Assembly: GCA_000435175.1 (NCBI GenBank)
Contig: FR880082.1
Span: 31,476-95,475 of the forward strand
Reading direction: 5' to 3'
DNA from: Clostridium sp. CAG:245
GTDB lineage: Bacteria; Bacillota; Clostridia; TANB77; CAG-508
Length of the DNA stretch: 64,000 nucleotides
In this document: positions 1 to 7,914 of the stretch, piece by piece
How the letters are laid out: each line of letters starts with the position of its first letter
How positions within the stretch are numbered: the stretch's first letter is position 1
Made by a program: the position numbers and the translations under genes
The notes under the pieces: model-generated
Database searches by the model: none
What the model saw: only the letters and a program-made list of their open reading frames with translations
Told to the model about the DNA's origin: nothing

Positions 1-552
1 CAAATTTTCCAACATGTCTTCATCTACTTCAGTAGTACGATACATCAGGTCCTCATCAGGGTCTGTTTCAGGTTCAAGAGTTGGCACGCTCTTTACCTTA
101 GGCCACTTGCCCCAATATTCCACATTTACTGTAGAAGTAGTGGTGAGTTTTTCAACCACATCAGAGAGATGCTTATCAACATCCTTTGACTCGAAATACG
201 GAGTAAGCAATATTATCTGAGCATTGTTTGCCTCTACGCTTTCTCTGCCTGTAGTATTCCAGCAGTCACTGATGACGTATATGTTAACATAGCCGTCGTC
301 AATAGCTTTCTGCACTTCATCATAGAGTGCAGTCTTGCCATTTTTTCCAAACCGAACAATGTCAGCAGATGTGTTATTCAAGTACTCCGAGACAGTCGGC
401 TCATAGCTAAAGTACCGCGACGAATAGGTCTCGTCAACCAATACAACTGTTGTTTTTGCCGCCGCACTTGCATTTATGCAAAATAACGCAAGTGTGGTCA
501 GGCTTATTGCAAAAGCTAGCAATGCCTTTGCTATCGTTTTTTTCAGAGTCAT
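1..552 (-). CDS. secreted or membrane-anchored protein, N-terminal part only (ORF runs off the left edge); possibly vWA-like
   Basis: Own minus-strand translation. ATG at 552 follows an AGGAGAG RBS. N-terminus MTLKKTIAKALLAFAISLTTLALFCINASAAAK looks like a signal peptide. The frame stays open to position 1, so the ORF track omits it. VLVDETYS...IYVISDCWNTTG weakly resembles vWA MIDAS strands (tentative). Confidence 0.55.
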   Translation of the reverse strand, partial: MTLKKTIAKALLAFAISLTTLALFCINASAAAKTTVVLVDETYSSRYFSYEPTVSEYLNNTSADIVRFGKNGKTALYDEVQKAIDDGYVNIYVISDCWNTTGRESVEANNAQIILLTPYFESKDVDKHLSDVVEKLTTTSTVNVEYWGKWPKVKSVPTLEPETDPDEDLMYRTTEVDEDMLENL

Positions 553-646
553 ATTGACTCTCCTTTCTTTTTCTACATACCACTTTGGTTACGTAGATTG
601 CGTACTCTTGTGCAGAGAGTACTGGGGTGTATTGCTAACAAAATTT

Positions 647-675
647 ATTATACCATTTTGCACTAATTATGTCAA
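647..675 (-). promoter_or_regulatory. sigma-70/SigA-type promoter: TTGACA, 17 nt spacer, TATAAT with TGn extension
   Basis: Minus strand reads TTGACA (675-670), a 17-nt spacer, then TGG-TATAAT (652-647), about 95 nt upstream of the ATG at 552. Confidence 0.6.
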
Positions 676-677
676 TT

Positions 678-713
678 AAAGAACAGGCATGTATTTTAAC
701 ACACCTGCTCTTT
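678..713 (-). terminator. hairpin after the six-gene operon (weak T tract)
   Basis: AAGAGCAGG ... CCTGTTCTT forms a 9-bp stem directly after the stop at 715. Only a short T run follows. Confidence 0.4.
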
Positions 714-714
714 G

Positions 715-1362
715 TTATAGAAATTTTTTCAATCTTTCTATTGTTTTTTGATGCTTTTCAATTTCTTTCTTCAAAGCAACCACTTCAAGTTGAATCAAGG
801 TTTCATCCTTAATTTGCTCATACTCTGCACTTTTTTCAGCATACAAGAATACCTCCAAAGGAACCATACCTCTGTAGTCGTCGTATTGGTTCTCATCATT
901 TCTGTTTATACGAGCATACCAGCAGTTTTCTGTTCCTTTGCATTTTCTGTCATAATATTGCTTATCACATCCAACATCTTCGTATTTTTGAAATTTTTGA
1001 ATTGCAGAATATATGACATCTTGATTCATCACACATAACATAAAATTTTTATTCTTAAAATCAAATGTTAGTGTATCAAAACAACCACATTCACCAAATA
1101 TATCAGTCTCAACTTTTAACTCATACCACCTTCCACATAATCCCGGTATAGTAGTTTTAAACTTACAATTACCCTGATTAACAATTAAAATCTGAGCACT
1201 AACATTAAATTCTGTACAGTGCAATTCTAAGGATTCATGGCTTTTTTGTGTATCATGCCAATTACGTCTTTTTTCAAAGCAATGTTTCTTTCCGCAATAC
1301 GGACACTGAAAACCCACAAAATCTAAGCTCTTAAAAACATTTTCATGTAATATTTTCATCAT
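715..1362 (-). CDS. Cys-rich zinc-ribbon (CPYCGKKH) protein with C-terminal coiled coil; unknown function
   Basis: 215-aa ORF. Its ATGA start/stop overlaps the upstream gene. N-terminal FQCPYCGKKH motif, 12 Cys in total, heptad-like tail LQLEVVALKKEIEKHQKTIERLKKFL. Confidence 0.6.
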   Translation of the reverse strand: MMKILHENVFKSLDFVGFQCPYCGKKHCFEKRRNWHDTQKSHESLELHCTEFNVSAQILIVNQGNCKFKTTIPGLCGRWYELKVETDIFGECGCFDTLTFDFKNKNFMLCVMNQDVIYSAIQKFQKYEDVGCDKQYYDRKCKGTENCWYARINRNDENQYDDYRGMVPLEVFLYAEKSAEYEQIKDETLIQLEVVALKKEIEKHQKTIERLKKFL

Positions 1363-2135
1363 TCAATCCTCTTTTGAAAATATAATGTCCTCCTTTTCTT
1401 TGGATAACATTTCTTGTGTTTTTCTTGTGGCTCGACCTTTTTTCTTGTTTTAATATCTGATTCCAGAGTTTTCTCCTGCTCAACCTGCCTTTCAGTTTCT
1501 GATAGCTTTGTTTGTTCAACCTGTTTTTCAGAATTTAATACCTCATCTTCTTGTAAATTAGACGGTAAACATTGAGTATCAACCTGTTGCATCAACCTTT
1601 CTTCTTCAGCTCTTAGTTTTTGTTCCATCTTTTGTAAGTTTTCTCTTTGTCTAATTGTAGCATGTACTGCATAATCCTTAGAGTCAAATTCCAATGCAAA
1701 CTGAATATTTGAACTTCTCTTTCTTATACAAACTGTAGAAAACTCACAGTCGCTTCGAGTACAGAGTTCTGCTTCAGCAAATGGTTGTAGTAAATAAACT
1801 CTTGGCTCTGTTTCAGACTCTTTAAAGTCATATAAATAATAGACATCTTCATAGATACATTTTTCATTTTCAAAACCAGTAGAGATTACTAAGCTAAAAT
1901 TGCATGTTATAACAATATTATAAGATGCATAAAAAGACATTTTTATAAAAACACCTTTTTCATACCATTCTTCTTCTATACTGTCACAGCTCAAATATAT
2001 TTTATATTTTTTCCCGTACTCTGAACGTTTAACTTCTCCATCCGAAAAACTAAATCTTGAATTCCAATTATGCCATTTTCCACAAATCGGGCATAAAAAT
2101 CTCTTCACATGGCAGCTTAACAATTCAGGGTTCAT
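1359..2135 (-). CDS. zinc-ribbon (CPICGKWH) protein with charged coiled-coil C-terminus; distant paralog of 715..1362
   Basis: ORF 1359..2141. The ATG at 2135 has an AGAGGA RBS 5 nt upstream, so it is the likelier start. It overlaps the 3' end of the upstream gene. Motif FLCPICGKWH; E/K/Q-rich tail. Confidence 0.6.
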   Translation of the reverse strand: MNPELLSCHVKRFLCPICGKWHNWNSRFSFSDGEVKRSEYGKKYKIYLSCDSIEEEWYEKGVFIKMSFYASYNIVITCNFSLVISTGFENEKCIYEDVYYLYDFKESETEPRVYLLQPFAEAELCTRSDCEFSTVCIRKRSSNIQFALEFDSKDYAVHATIRQRENLQKMEQKLRAEEERLMQQVDTQCLPSNLQEDEVLNSEKQVEQTKLSETERQVEQEKTLESDIKTRKKVEPQEKHKKCYPKKRRTLYFQKRIE

Positions 2136-3003
2136 ACTCATCCTCTTCTACATAGTCTTTACAAAATACATTGTCACTTGAGAAGTATCTCATAAACATA
2201 CTACCATCGGTATGACCTATGCTTGCTCTCTGAAAATTTAGACCAATTAGTGACTGTACAATAATGATTATGTTACCTCCGTTTATTTTTTTCAACATTT
2301 CCAAAGACTTGGTATCCATCGGATTTGTACCATAGTCCATTATAAAAATGAATTTTGTATATCCAGTGTAGAAACAATTTTTCATCATTATAATAGCTTG
2401 TTTAAGATGTTCATCTCTTTCCATGTTTCTATTTATTCTTTGCATCATAGCCAAACCTGACATATATTCCGTGTCAACTTCTCTACGAACAACCTGTTCA
2501 AGTTCTCTTAAAATTGCACGACTATCATAACTTCTATTATCATATTTTTGGTGTTTCTCCAATACTGACGCACCCATAGCGGCATAAACATCCGTATCCA
2601 AAGTTATTGGGATTTTGTTGAAAATAACAATATTTCTAACATGTCTCAATGCATCTTTTACCAGTTCGTCAGCTCCCGTTCCGAAAACACCGATTAAGCC
2701 ACAAGTATCATTGTCACTCTCAGAAATATTTCTCAGTTTTCTCACTAACCGCTGAAGTTTCAGTTCTTCATCAGTACGAGAATGGTACTGCCGTTCGTTT
2801 TCATATGTATCTTGTATTGTTGTTTCTACTCTTATGTTCTCATATGGTTGTACATATGTCGGTTGCTCCTCATCGCGGATTTCTATTCTAGGATTAGTAG
2901 TTCGCGGAGCACTCCTTGTTTCTCCTGGTCTAGAGTTTGCAGTTCCATTCGTTCCTGCTTTGTTCTCATAGCCCGGAATATACAAATGGCGTCTTTTGCC
3001 CAT
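2125..3003 (-). CDS. hypothetical protein: low-complexity N-terminal region plus alpha/beta-looking C-terminal domain
   Basis: ORF 2125..3036. The internal ATG at 3003 follows GAAAGGAGAA. No motif I can assign; GLIGVFGTGADELV looks like a nucleotide-binding loop (speculative). Confidence 0.55.
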   Translation of the reverse strand: MGKRRHLYIPGYENKAGTNGTANSRPGETRSAPRTTNPRIEIRDEEQPTYVQPYENIRVETTIQDTYENERQYHSRTDEELKLQRLVRKLRNISESDNDTCGLIGVFGTGADELVKDALRHVRNIVIFNKIPITLDTDVYAAMGASVLEKHQKYDNRSYDSRAILRELEQVVRREVDTEYMSGLAMMQRINRNMERDEHLKQAIIMMKNCFYTGYTKFIFIMDYGTNPMDTKSLEMLKKINGGNIIIIVQSLIGLNFQRASIGHTDGSMFMRYFSSDNVFCKDYVEEDEYEP

Positions 3004-3028
3004 AATTGTTCTCCTTTCACATTTGTGA

Positions 3029-4390
3029 TCAGGCATTGTTTAATAATAAACTTCTTGCTTTATTTTTTTGTTGTTCTTTAAAATCTCCTTTTTCCATTAT
3101 CTCATAAAACTTTGTTTTTGCTTCATCAGTATAGACGCTCAAGTTTTTCTTAACTCTTTCAAAGTCAAAATCACTCCTAGCCTCAATAATTTGAAGCATA
3201 ACACTTCGGAATACCCGTTCGAACTCAAGTTTTTCCTCCGTATCTGTTCCGGCAATATACGCATACTTTTGTCTCGCTTCTGCCTTAAAAATATTTTTTG
3301 GCATTTGCTTTAAAGCATGATTTACCGTAAAGAATTCGTCAAAAACACTTTTGGGTTCTCCATCAGGTGCAGGATAGCATGTTGCAGAAAACTCTTGCAT
3401 AATACATTCCATCCTTCTTTTCTTGGTTTTGGCTGGTATTTGTTTTGGTAATTCAGCTGCCAGAGTGCCTTCAACAGGTTCGTAGCTTGCAACTCCAATA
3501 TCATCAAAGTATCCCTTTTTAAGATATTTTACAAGTTCCTGAAATTGTAAACTTGTTTCTCCTGGAAATCCCGTAATCACCTCTGTTGAAATAACTAAGT
3601 CTGGTCTGACCGTTTTCAAAATCCGAATTTTTTCATCTACAATGTCAAAAGCAGGTCTATTCATATCCTTTAGGATTTTCTTAGATACATGCTGAATATG
3701 TAACATTATTTCTACAATATTCTCATTCTCCAAAATAAGAGTCATAACCTCTTCTGTTAATCCTGCAGGATGAAACCAACCTATAACATAATTGCAATCC
3801 GGAAATCTTGTAACAATTTTTCTCATTAACTCAGCAAAGTTTCTCTTGCCATACAAGTCAACACCATAATCAGCCGTTTCTTGTGCTCCGGTTATATAAA
3901 TAGTAGACTCATTAGCATGCATTGCTTCAATTTCATCCAAGATATCTTCCATTGGTCTGCTCTTATACATTCCTACAATTTTCGGATATACACAATAAGA
4001 ACATTTATGAAGGCATCCTGTAGAAATAATTACTTTGTTCTGTGGAATATACTGTTTAACTGTAGTCGGCTTTGCAAGTGTAACAAAAACCTCATTTAAC
4101 GGTATTACGTCAATCCCGGGAATTGCTTCCAAGTCGGAGTGGCATAATTTTTCAAGGCAACCAGTAACAATGATTTTTGCACTAGGTTTTGCATTAATTC
4201 TAACGTCTGCAATCACATCAACAGAATACATCTTATGTGGGCCGAAGGCGCATGTGAGAATAATCACTGTATCAGCAATAGTATAATCACATACGACTTC
4301 GTACCCTGTTGCCATAAGATGATTTACGATGGTGTTTGCATTAGCTATATCCATGTGCATATCATTGCAAATAACTAATGCAACTTTCAA
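3029..4390 (-). CDS. radical SAM methylthiotransferase-family enzyme (MiaB/RimO/MtaB-like) with a non-TRAM C-terminal domain
   Basis: 453 aa. TTG start 8 nt after an AGGAGG RBS. CLHKCSYC gives the CxxxCxxC radical-SAM cluster. Three N-terminal Cys (ICND, LTCAFG, VTGCLEK) match the MTTase N-domain pattern. The last ~110 aa are helical/charged rather than TRAM-like. Confidence 0.8.
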   Translation of the reverse strand: MKVALVICNDMHMDIANANTIVNHLMATGYEVVCDYTIADTVIILTCAFGPHKMYSVDVIADVRINAKPSAKIIVTGCLEKLCHSDLEAIPGIDVIPLNEVFVTLAKPTTVKQYIPQNKVIISTGCLHKCSYCVYPKIVGMYKSRPMEDILDEIEAMHANESTIYITGAQETADYGVDLYGKRNFAELMRKIVTRFPDCNYVIGWFHPAGLTEEVMTLILENENIVEIMLHIQHVSKKILKDMNRPAFDIVDEKIRILKTVRPDLVISTEVITGFPGETSLQFQELVKYLKKGYFDDIGVASYEPVEGTLAAELPKQIPAKTKKRRMECIMQEFSATCYPAPDGEPKSVFDEFFTVNHALKQMPKNIFKAEARQKYAYIAGTDTEEKLEFERVFRSVMLQIIEARSDFDFERVKKNLSVYTDEAKTKFYEIMEKGDFKEQQKNKARSLLLNNA

Positions 4391-4391
4391 T

Positions 4392-4973
4392 TTAGTAGCC
4401 TCCTACCCTCAATTTCTGACGGTTTTCTGTCTTAACTTCTGCTGCACTTTCCTTCAAGTATTCTTTGGTAAATTCTCTTTGCTCAATTTTTCCCAAAGAA
4501 TCTTCAAGTTGAAGATACTTCGCACATTTTTTTCCTTTCAACCCCTTAGGTTCAAAAGTCAGATTTCCATCTTTAGATACTGTTACCAACATATGGCCAC
4601 CATCGGTATCCTGTGGATCCCTTACCTTATAGATGTCATTACCCTTCGGAGTTACATAAAAATGTAATCTTTTTGCAACCTTTTTAAGCATCTCAACAGA
4701 ATAATTGTGCAGAAGAATGCTACCTCTCGGTCCAATAGTCCTTTCAACATACCCACCATAAAAATCAGCAGTAATGCGATAAGAACCAGTACCATTCTTT
4801 TCCAGAGCCATATCATATTGTCCAGGCAATCTGACAACATTCTCTTTCATTTCTGTTCCAAAATAATACCGACAGCTTCCATAGCTTTGCATGGTAAGCC
4901 CCATATTATTAAGAGCTTTGTTGCAAGCGTCAAGATCTCTGATTTCAGCAGAAACATGCGTAAAGTGACTCAT
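4392..4973 (-). CDS. DUF1257 (Ycf35-like) and DUF2997 fusion protein
   Basis: N-terminus MSHFTHVSAEIRDLDACNKALNNMGL...YDMALEKNGTGSYRITADFYGG resembles Ycf35/DUF1257. C-terminal MLVTVSKDGNLTFEPKGLKGKKCAKYLQLEDSLGKIEQREFTKEY resembles DUF2997. ATGA overlap with the AAA+ gene stop; GGAGGAAATAAGGA RBS. Confidence 0.7.
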   Translation of the reverse strand: MSHFTHVSAEIRDLDACNKALNNMGLTMQSYGSCRYYFGTEMKENVVRLPGQYDMALEKNGTGSYRITADFYGGYVERTIGPRGSILLHNYSVEMLKKVAKRLHFYVTPKGNDIYKVRDPQDTDGGHMLVTVSKDGNLTFEPKGLKGKKCAKYLQLEDSLGKIEQREFTKEYLKESAAEVKTENRQKLRVGGY

Positions 4974-6697
4974 TCCTTATTTCCTCCAACTCTTCTAATA
5001 ACACGGCCACCAGGCGTCTTTTTAGTTGCGGTCTTTTTTGCAGAGTTCTCATTTTGAGTACATACAGTAGAATTAGCGTTCCGAACATTTTCTTTGCTAG
5101 CCCATTCATTAAGAGCTTCTACGGTATCTTTCATAATTCCCTCAGAAGCGGGTTGGCAGCTCTTCATCTGCGAAATAATGTCATCACTCGTTAATTCCCT
5201 TGCATTATCTGCATAAGCTTCAAACATTGCTGATACGATAGCTTCTTCGATTTCAGCTCCTGTAAATCCATCGCAACTTTGTGCAATTTTCTTAACATCG
5301 AAGTTTTTTTGCTTCCTACCTTTTCTTTCAAGCTGGATTGCAACAATTTCTTCGCGTTCTTCCTGAGTAGGAAGCCCAACAAAAAAGATTTCGTCGAATC
5401 TACCTTTTCTTAAAAGTTCAGAAGGCAAAGATATAATACTATTTGCAGTTGCCACGACATAAACAGGAGATTTCTTTTCCTGCATCCATGTAAGGATGCT
5501 GGCAAACATTCTCGAAGATACGCCAGAATCATTTCTACCACTAGAACCAGCACCAGCTAATCCTTTTTCAATTTCGTCAATCCACAACACACAAGGTGCC
5601 ATAGCTTCTGCAATCTGAAGGGCTTTTCTAGTATTAGCTTCGGTGTCTCCAACATAGCTTCCGAAAAGTTTTCCTAAATCGCACTTAATCAGCGGAACAT
5701 TCCAACTGTGTGCAATTGACTTAGCAGCCAAACTTTTACCACAACCGGGAATGCCGACCAACAATACACCTTTAGGATTAGGCAATCCATATTTTTTTGC
5801 TTCATCGGAATACGCCAAAATTCTTCTTGCAGTGTATTCCTTTAAATTTTTCATGCCACCAATCTTAGAATCTTCACTATTACTCCAGAATTCCAGCAAA
5901 CCATCTTTGCAAATAGTTTGTGCTTTAACTTCTGCAATAACATCAATATCAATCTTCCTTTTCAGGAAAACAGATGTAAACAATGCACTGTCAGCCTGAG
6001 TATACGTTAAGCCGATAGAAATTTCTGCCGCCTTTTTTATGGTACTCTGCTTCTGTTCCTCGCTTTCGAAAGCCAATAGCCCTTTATTGTTTCTGTCAAT
6101 ATATCTGATTGTTTCATTGAATGAATCTACAAGATCTTCTTTAGTTGGAAGTTCGAGTTCAATAGAAATAATCGTCTCCTGCCAATCAGCCGGAACTTCA
6201 AACTTGCTGCTAATAAAAATATAGCTAACACCCAAGTTCTCAGCTTTTTCAAAAGCATCTTTTGCTGCTCTTAAGACCATCGGCTGGTTCAGATAATGAT
6301 GAAAATCGATAATACAGAAAATGTATCTTCCTTCACCGCCATTTAATTCAAGGCCTTTAACAAGAGCCTCTTGCGGATCAGTCATATCTGGATCGCGCTT
6401 TTTAAATACGTATCCATCCATAACTTCGTATTCTTCCGGATTTTTTTCTATTTCTCTTGTCAATTCGTTGTAATAATTGACACCAGTGTCATCTTCGGCT
6501 TCGTTTTCAGGTTCATCTTCTACTTCATAAGGCAATATTTCTACAATGCCTCTCGTACAGGTCCAACCAAACAGCTTAATTCCATATTCAATACTTGCTT
6601 GCAGGCACTCCTTAATCGCCCGAGTTTCTTCTGTGGTATTAATCAACACAGAAGAGTACCCGGAACCAATACAATCCCGAACAGATAATTTACTCAT
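4970..6697 (-). CDS. Ycf46-like AAA+ ATPase (classical AAA clade) with a large N-terminal domain
   Basis: Walker A GIPGCGKS, Walker B VLWIDEIEK, and second region of homology ATANSIISLPSELLRKGRFDEIFF. The ATG at 6697 follows GGAGGAAAAAAC; the track start at 6736 lacks an RBS. Confidence 0.85.
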   Translation of the reverse strand: MSKLSVRDCIGSGYSSVLINTTEETRAIKECLQASIEYGIKLFGWTCTRGIVEILPYEVEDEPENEAEDDTGVNYYNELTREIEKNPEEYEVMDGYVFKKRDPDMTDPQEALVKGLELNGGEGRYIFCIIDFHHYLNQPMVLRAAKDAFEKAENLGVSYIFISSKFEVPADWQETIISIELELPTKEDLVDSFNETIRYIDRNNKGLLAFESEEQKQSTIKKAAEISIGLTYTQADSALFTSVFLKRKIDIDVIAEVKAQTICKDGLLEFWSNSEDSKIGGMKNLKEYTARRILAYSDEAKKYGLPNPKGVLLVGIPGCGKSLAAKSIAHSWNVPLIKCDLGKLFGSYVGDTEANTRKALQIAEAMAPCVLWIDEIEKGLAGAGSSGRNDSGVSSRMFASILTWMQEKKSPVYVVATANSIISLPSELLRKGRFDEIFFVGLPTQEEREEIVAIQLERKGRKQKNFDVKKIAQSCDGFTGAEIEEAIVSAMFEAYADNARELTSDDIISQMKSCQPASEGIMKDTVEALNEWASKENVRNANSTVCTQNENSAKKTATKKTPGGRVIRRVGGNKE

Positions 6698-6779
6698 GTT
6701 TTTTCCTCCAATATTGTTTATTATTAAACTTATCATTTATGAAATAATTACCTCATAAATAACAAATTTTTACGTGAAT

Positions 6780-6808
6780 ATTATATCATTCTATCTGTGT
6801 TATGTCAA
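6780..6808 (-). promoter_or_regulatory. perfect consensus promoter (TTGACA, 17 nt spacer, TATAAT) for the six-gene operon
   Basis: Minus strand: TTGACA (6808-6803), 17-nt spacer, TATAAT (6785-6780), about 80 nt upstream of the AAA+ start. Confidence 0.6.
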
Positions 6809-6850
6809 ATTGATCATGTTGTTTCAGTTTTCTTAATTTATGCTTTCTAT

Positions 6851-6900
6851 AAATAAAAAATAACCCACCATATATAGGATATACACTATATATGTGGTTT
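6851..6900 (-). terminator. rho-independent terminator of zupT
   Basis: AAACCACATATATAG...CTATATATGGTGGGTT stem followed by ATTTTTTATTT, read on the minus strand just after the stop at 6909. Confidence 0.65.
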
Positions 6901-6908
6901 ATTATTTA

Positions 6909-7791
6909 CTATCCCAACGCAACATCCAAAAGCATCATTATTACAAAGCCTATACCTACACTAATAGTCACTAAATTTGATTTTTTTTCAGCTTGTGCTT
7001 CAGGTATTAGCTCAGATGATACTACATAAATCATTGCTCCTGCTGCAAATGATAGAAAATATGGTAAAATTGGCACTACAATCCTCGTTAATGCGATGGT
7101 TATTATTGCCCCAATTGGTTCTACTATTCCAGATAAAGTTCCTCCTAAGAATGACTTAAATTTACTTTTTCCAGAGCTATGAAGTGGCATTGATATAATT
7201 GCCCCTTCTGGTATATTTTGTATCGCTATTCCAATAGCTAACGCAAATGCCTCTGCGAGTGTTATTCCTGTATTTTGTGAGAATAATCCTGCAAACGCAA
7301 CTCCAACTGCCATCCCTTCCGGAATGTTATGTAGTGTTACTGCAAGCATTAGCATTGTAGTACTCTTTACTTTTTCTTTGATGGTTAATTTTTCTTTATT
7401 TTTTATTACAATTTTTTCATCATTTTCTTCTGTGGTTAATAAATTCTCGATATCATCACAAATAGCACATTCGTTTTTCTTATTATTTCTTTTTTCTATT
7501 TTTTCTGCCAGATTATTTACACCAATTAATGTTACAATTCCTATCATAAAGCCGACAGAAGCGGGTAACCACGCAGTTTTTCCTTGTGTTTCTGCCATTT
7601 CTATTGATGGAATTAGAAGTGACCATACAGAAGCGGCTATCATCACCCCTGCAGCAAATCCGAGCAATAATTTTTGTATTATTGGTTTAATTTCTTTTTT
7701 CAGTAAAAATACTAAAGCAGAACCGTAGTGTTGTTCCTATAAAAGGTACTAATAAACCAATAGCAATTTGTGTCGTACTATTAATACTCAC
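6909..7791 (-). pseudogene. zupT: ZIP-family zinc transporter ZupT, interrupted by a 1-nt frameshift near 7725
   Basis: HNIPEGMAVGVAFAG ZIP signature. A GTG start at 7791 follows AGGAGG and encodes VSINSTTQIAIGLLVPFIGTTL. One extra base then shifts the frame relative to GSALVFLLKKEIKPIIQKLLLGFAAGVM, which continues into ORF 6909..7667. Confidence 0.7.
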
Positions 7792-7914
7792 GTAAAGTTC
7801 CTCCTTGAAGCCCTATTATTTTACCTATAAAATGTAATTTTATTAGGACTTCTCTTTTATATAATATGAACTTTACATAAGGTTGTGAATGATTTTTAAT
7901 TAGCAATTCAGACA

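Noticed and set aside
4970-6736. ORF-track start at 6736 for the AAA+ gene (MISLIINNIGGKN...)
   Set aside because: The first 13 codons lack an RBS and in fact contain the GGAGG that serves the ATG at 6697. I use the shorter start.
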